Shown: positions 60,923 to 64,000 of the stretch, piece after piece
Numbering within the stretch: position 1 is the stretch's first letter
Layout: each line of letters starts with the position of its first letter
Assembly: GCA_943704425.1 (NCBI GenBank)
Contig: CALSCP010001993.1
Coordinates: 1-64,000 of the forward strand
Direction: 5' to 3'
Source: Ministeria vibrans ATCC 50519
Lineage: Eukaryota > Protista > Filasterea
DNA length: 64,000 nt
The notes under the pieces: model-generated
Seen by the model: the letters and a program-made list of their open reading frames with translations, nothing else
Database searches by the model: none
What the model was told of the DNA's origin: nothing
Made by a program: the position numbers and the translations under genes

Positions 60923-61980
60923 CTACGAGATCGCCTGTAAGTACATTGCCGTCTCGCGTGTGTCGCGGTGTTCCTTTCCAAGCTTGGAAATTTGAATCTT
61001 CAACGACTGCTTCAGATTGTCACGAGCCTTCTTGGTCAACCCCAGTGCCGCTTGTACACGCGCAATACTCACACGCACCTAAATCAACAATACACAAATA
61101 CATCAATCCCCCCTGACACTCGAATGCGGGGGCGGGAAGACAGCGATACCTTTGACGCCTGAAGAGAGTCCTTGCCGTCACGCACTTCACGCAATTTGAG
61201 TACATCCGTGAATGTCGCAAGTGCCTCGTCGTTGTGGCCCAGCTTACGCAGCAAGTTCCCCATGTTCATCATAGCTGTCACCGTGTCAGCGTGATGACGC
61301 CCAACCTGTCCATAGTCAGTCAAAAAGAGATAAAACAAAAGTGAGCGATTCCTTAAACACCAGACAAAAAAAATGTGTTACGTTCTTGACACGAATCTCA
61401 ATGACACGCTTCATCAGCTTCTTCGCCATATCACCCTTCCCGCTGTGCATCAACACCTCAGCCAACCTGCAAAAACACAACGCCATCAGTCGTTATACAC
61501 ATAATATAATTTTATGTCAGACACACAAAAATGCACACCACACGCACCACACCACACATACTACTCACACCCCACCACAACACACATACGCATAACTTAC
61601 ACCATCATTGTGGTTGCAACACGCGGATGGGATCCGCCCAGATAGGCAGTCTCAATGGACCCGACGCGCTCGAACATACGCCCCGCGTCCTTCCACTCTC
61701 CACCCGCCTTGTACGACTGTCCCAGGTTCCATAGTGCCTCTGCGCTGCGCAGGCTCTTGGCACCATGCAGATACTCCTTGATACGCACCACACGCTTGAA
61801 CGACTTGATCGCCGGCTCAATCATCGCCGCCTGCTTGTACACATTGCCTAACTCACTCACCGTGTCCGCCACGGCGTCGTGTCGAGTCCCCAAAATCCCT
61901 TCTTGTACCATCAGCGATCGCTTCAGCACACGCACAGAGCTGTCATAGTCCTTCATACATCGATAACACTACGTAGCGCA
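60923..61980 (-). CDS. TPR-repeat protein (kinesin-light-chain/nephrocystin-3-like repeats); 5' truncated at the gap
   Basis: Repeats such as LGTRHDAVADTVSELGNVY, HGAKSLRSAEALWNLGQSY, LGGSHPRVATTM and VGRHHADTVTAMMNMGNLL. Ends ...AMYLQAIS*. Confidence 0.75.
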
Positions 61981-61995
61981 AAAAAAAANNNNNNN

Positions 61996-64000
61996 GCCTC
62001 GGTCGTGTTTGGCGCGATGGCAGCACCCCCGGGACACATGGAGCCATTGGGTCGCCAGTCGCGGTCGCTGGGACCCGTTGAGGAGACGGACTGGCCGATT
62101 AGCGCACGACGCTTCCACGAAGACTACGTCGCGAAAAACAAACCGTTGATCATCCGCGGTGCTGCGGTGGATTGGCCGGCGATGACTCGCTGGGCCGAGG
62201 ACTCGGATATGGCCAAGCGATTTGGCGCCTTGAAGATCGAGGTAGGTGAACAGAGAGAGTGCGAAGTGTGAGATGTGGTTTCCAAAACGTTTTCATGTTT
62301 TGCCGATCGTGCACCGTTAAACAACGCCCGCTGCTTAGGCGGAGACTGTGAAAAAGGAGACACGCAACATGGGCGAGGAGAAAAAGACGGGCAGCGTGAA
62401 GAAGATGACGTTTAAGAAGTTTCTCAAAACATATCGCAAGGAGGAGTTGTATGCAGTGCAGTACTTGGTACGAAAGACACACGATGGCCTTTGGTTGAGA
62501 CGGCACACCCTCTCATTGATGTATCTGTATGTTGTACGTGTGCACGCATGTATGTTATTGATGTATCTGTATGTTGTACGTATATGACTGTGTGTGTGTG
62601 TGTGTGTGTGATCAGTGAGCTTCGTGCTTGGTGTACGTGGTGTGCGTGCGTGCTTTGTACGTCTTTGTGTGTGTATGTGTTATTGATTGTATGGATGTAG
62701 CCAAAAGAGATGGCCAAGGATGTGCTGATTCCATCGTTTCTCATGTGCGACTACACGCTCAACCGATTCACCGAGGTGAATCTGTGGATGTCGTCTGGTG
62801 AGGGAGAATTACGAGCGCAAAGAGACGGGCATGCTAATGCACGCCTTTTTTTCTTAGGCGGGACTGTGTCGGTATTGCACATGGATGTGGACGTGGAGAA
62901 CATATTAACTATTGTGGATGGCGTAAAAGAGGTACAAGAGGAATTTGTTTTATGAATTGTGTTGATTTTTGTTTGTCGCAGCTGGTTGTTATGCCTCTGG
63001 AAGAGATCAGCAATGTGCATTGTGAAGATGCTAAGGTGTTTGGCACGTCGCCCATTGATGCGGATGCGGTGGACCTGGAGAAGTACCCGCGCTTTGTCAA
63101 CCTGTCGCACTACTCGGCAGCATTGCGCAAAGGCGACTCGCTGTACATTCCACAGGGCTGGTGGCACCAGGTAAGAACACGGCATTGTGTCGCTCCCTTC
63201 CCCCCACCCAGTCTATTAAGACGGTATATGGTTTTCCATGACGGTGCAGGTGCGATCGACCGGGCGCAACATTGGGGTGAACATCTGGTGGAATCGGGTT
63301 CATGAGGAGCGACACGTTGACCCATGGCTGCGCAAGACCGGGCGCGTCGAGGAGTTTGAAGGAGACGCGTGCCTGAAGCAGCGGGCATGGAAGGAACTGT
63401 CACGGCTGCTGGAGACGCGCAGCACTTGCACGCATGCCGACTACTTGAAGTATGGCGTGTTTCAGTTCCGTGGGGACGGGGCGCGCGTGTCGCCACGTCT
63501 CTTGTCGCTGCAAGAGTCACATGGGGTCAACCTGTGGGACAGCAAGGGTAGCGGCATTGTGTTTGACTCGCTGGCGAAGCGCAAACTCAAGCAAACCAGT
63601 CGTGTCGACTCGCACCCGTTTCCCAGTGACGACGACATTGCCAAGGTACTCGCAGAGTCCAAGACAAAGAGTTCGGCTGAGGAGAACACGAGCAAGGTCA
63701 AGGCAAGGCAGGAGGTTAAGAGGCATCAAGGCAAGGAGGAGATGAAAAAAAGGGCAAAAACAAAGGCGAATGCAAAGCCAGTTGTTGTTGCGGACGACGC
63801 GGAGCAGGAGGAGGAGGAAGAAGAGGGTAGCTTCAAGTTTGAGCTGGCGGACGAGGATATGGTGGATCCGATGTTTGCCGGTGCAGGTGTGGCATCTTCG
63901 CGAACGACTGACAAAGACCCTATGCCGGCGAATGGAGCGTCCGAGAAGAATAAGAAGAAAAAGGTGTCGTCGGGGCTTGTCTTTGACGACGACGACGACA
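61996..64000 (+). CDS. JmjC/Cupin_8 2-oxoglutarate Fe(II) oxygenase; 5' truncated at the gap and running off the window end
   Basis: PPGHMEPLGRQ, FHEDYVAKNKPLIIRGAAVDWPAMTRW, VNLWMSSGGTVSVLHMD (HxD) and GDSLYIPQGWWHQVRS...NIGVNIWW. Confidence 0.88.

Noticed and set aside
1-64000. Transposase, reverse transcriptase, tRNA or rRNA genes
   Set aside because: No supporting motifs or structures recognised on either strand.

Overview
Gene-dense, intron-containing eukaryotic DNA: GT-AG introns, AT-rich spacers of about 100-300 bp, many (CA)n/(GA)n tracts and three N-gaps. The gene content fits a flagellated unicellular relative of animals (inference): NKCC-type SLC12, CK1-gamma, RP2 and EGF/FN2 modules occur together with a hybrid histidine kinase. 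About 19 protein-coding genes or fragments are recognisable. In order: CK1-gamma-like kinase, SLC12, CHIP/STUB1, H-NOX hybrid histidine kinase, a ~5,300-aa secreted mosaic protein, a WW/zf-RanBP2/RRM/RS protein, a kinesin-3-like tail fragment, a coiled-coil protein, DUF1295, a ZFP36/TTP-like protein, NUP133, NOP58, RTRAF, PNKP, an intronless GT2 glycosyltransferase, DNAJA, RP2, a TPR protein and a JmjC protein. Most notable: (1) a soluble-guanylyl-cyclase-type gas-sensing module (H-NOX + HNOBA + coiled coil, with the distal Tyr of O2-binding H-NOXs) joined to a two-component kinase/receiver instead of a cyclase; (2) two giant ORFs that splice into one secreted protein with an internal ~310-aa Cys-rich super-repeat; (3) a SNORD70-like C/D snoRNA in a NOP58 intron; (4) an array of ~8 copies of a 20-nt motif in one intron of an RNA-binding-protein gene; (5) an orphan TATA-led, structured ~340-nt ncRNA candidate. 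Exon boundaries were read by eye and family assignments come from motif recognition, not database searches.
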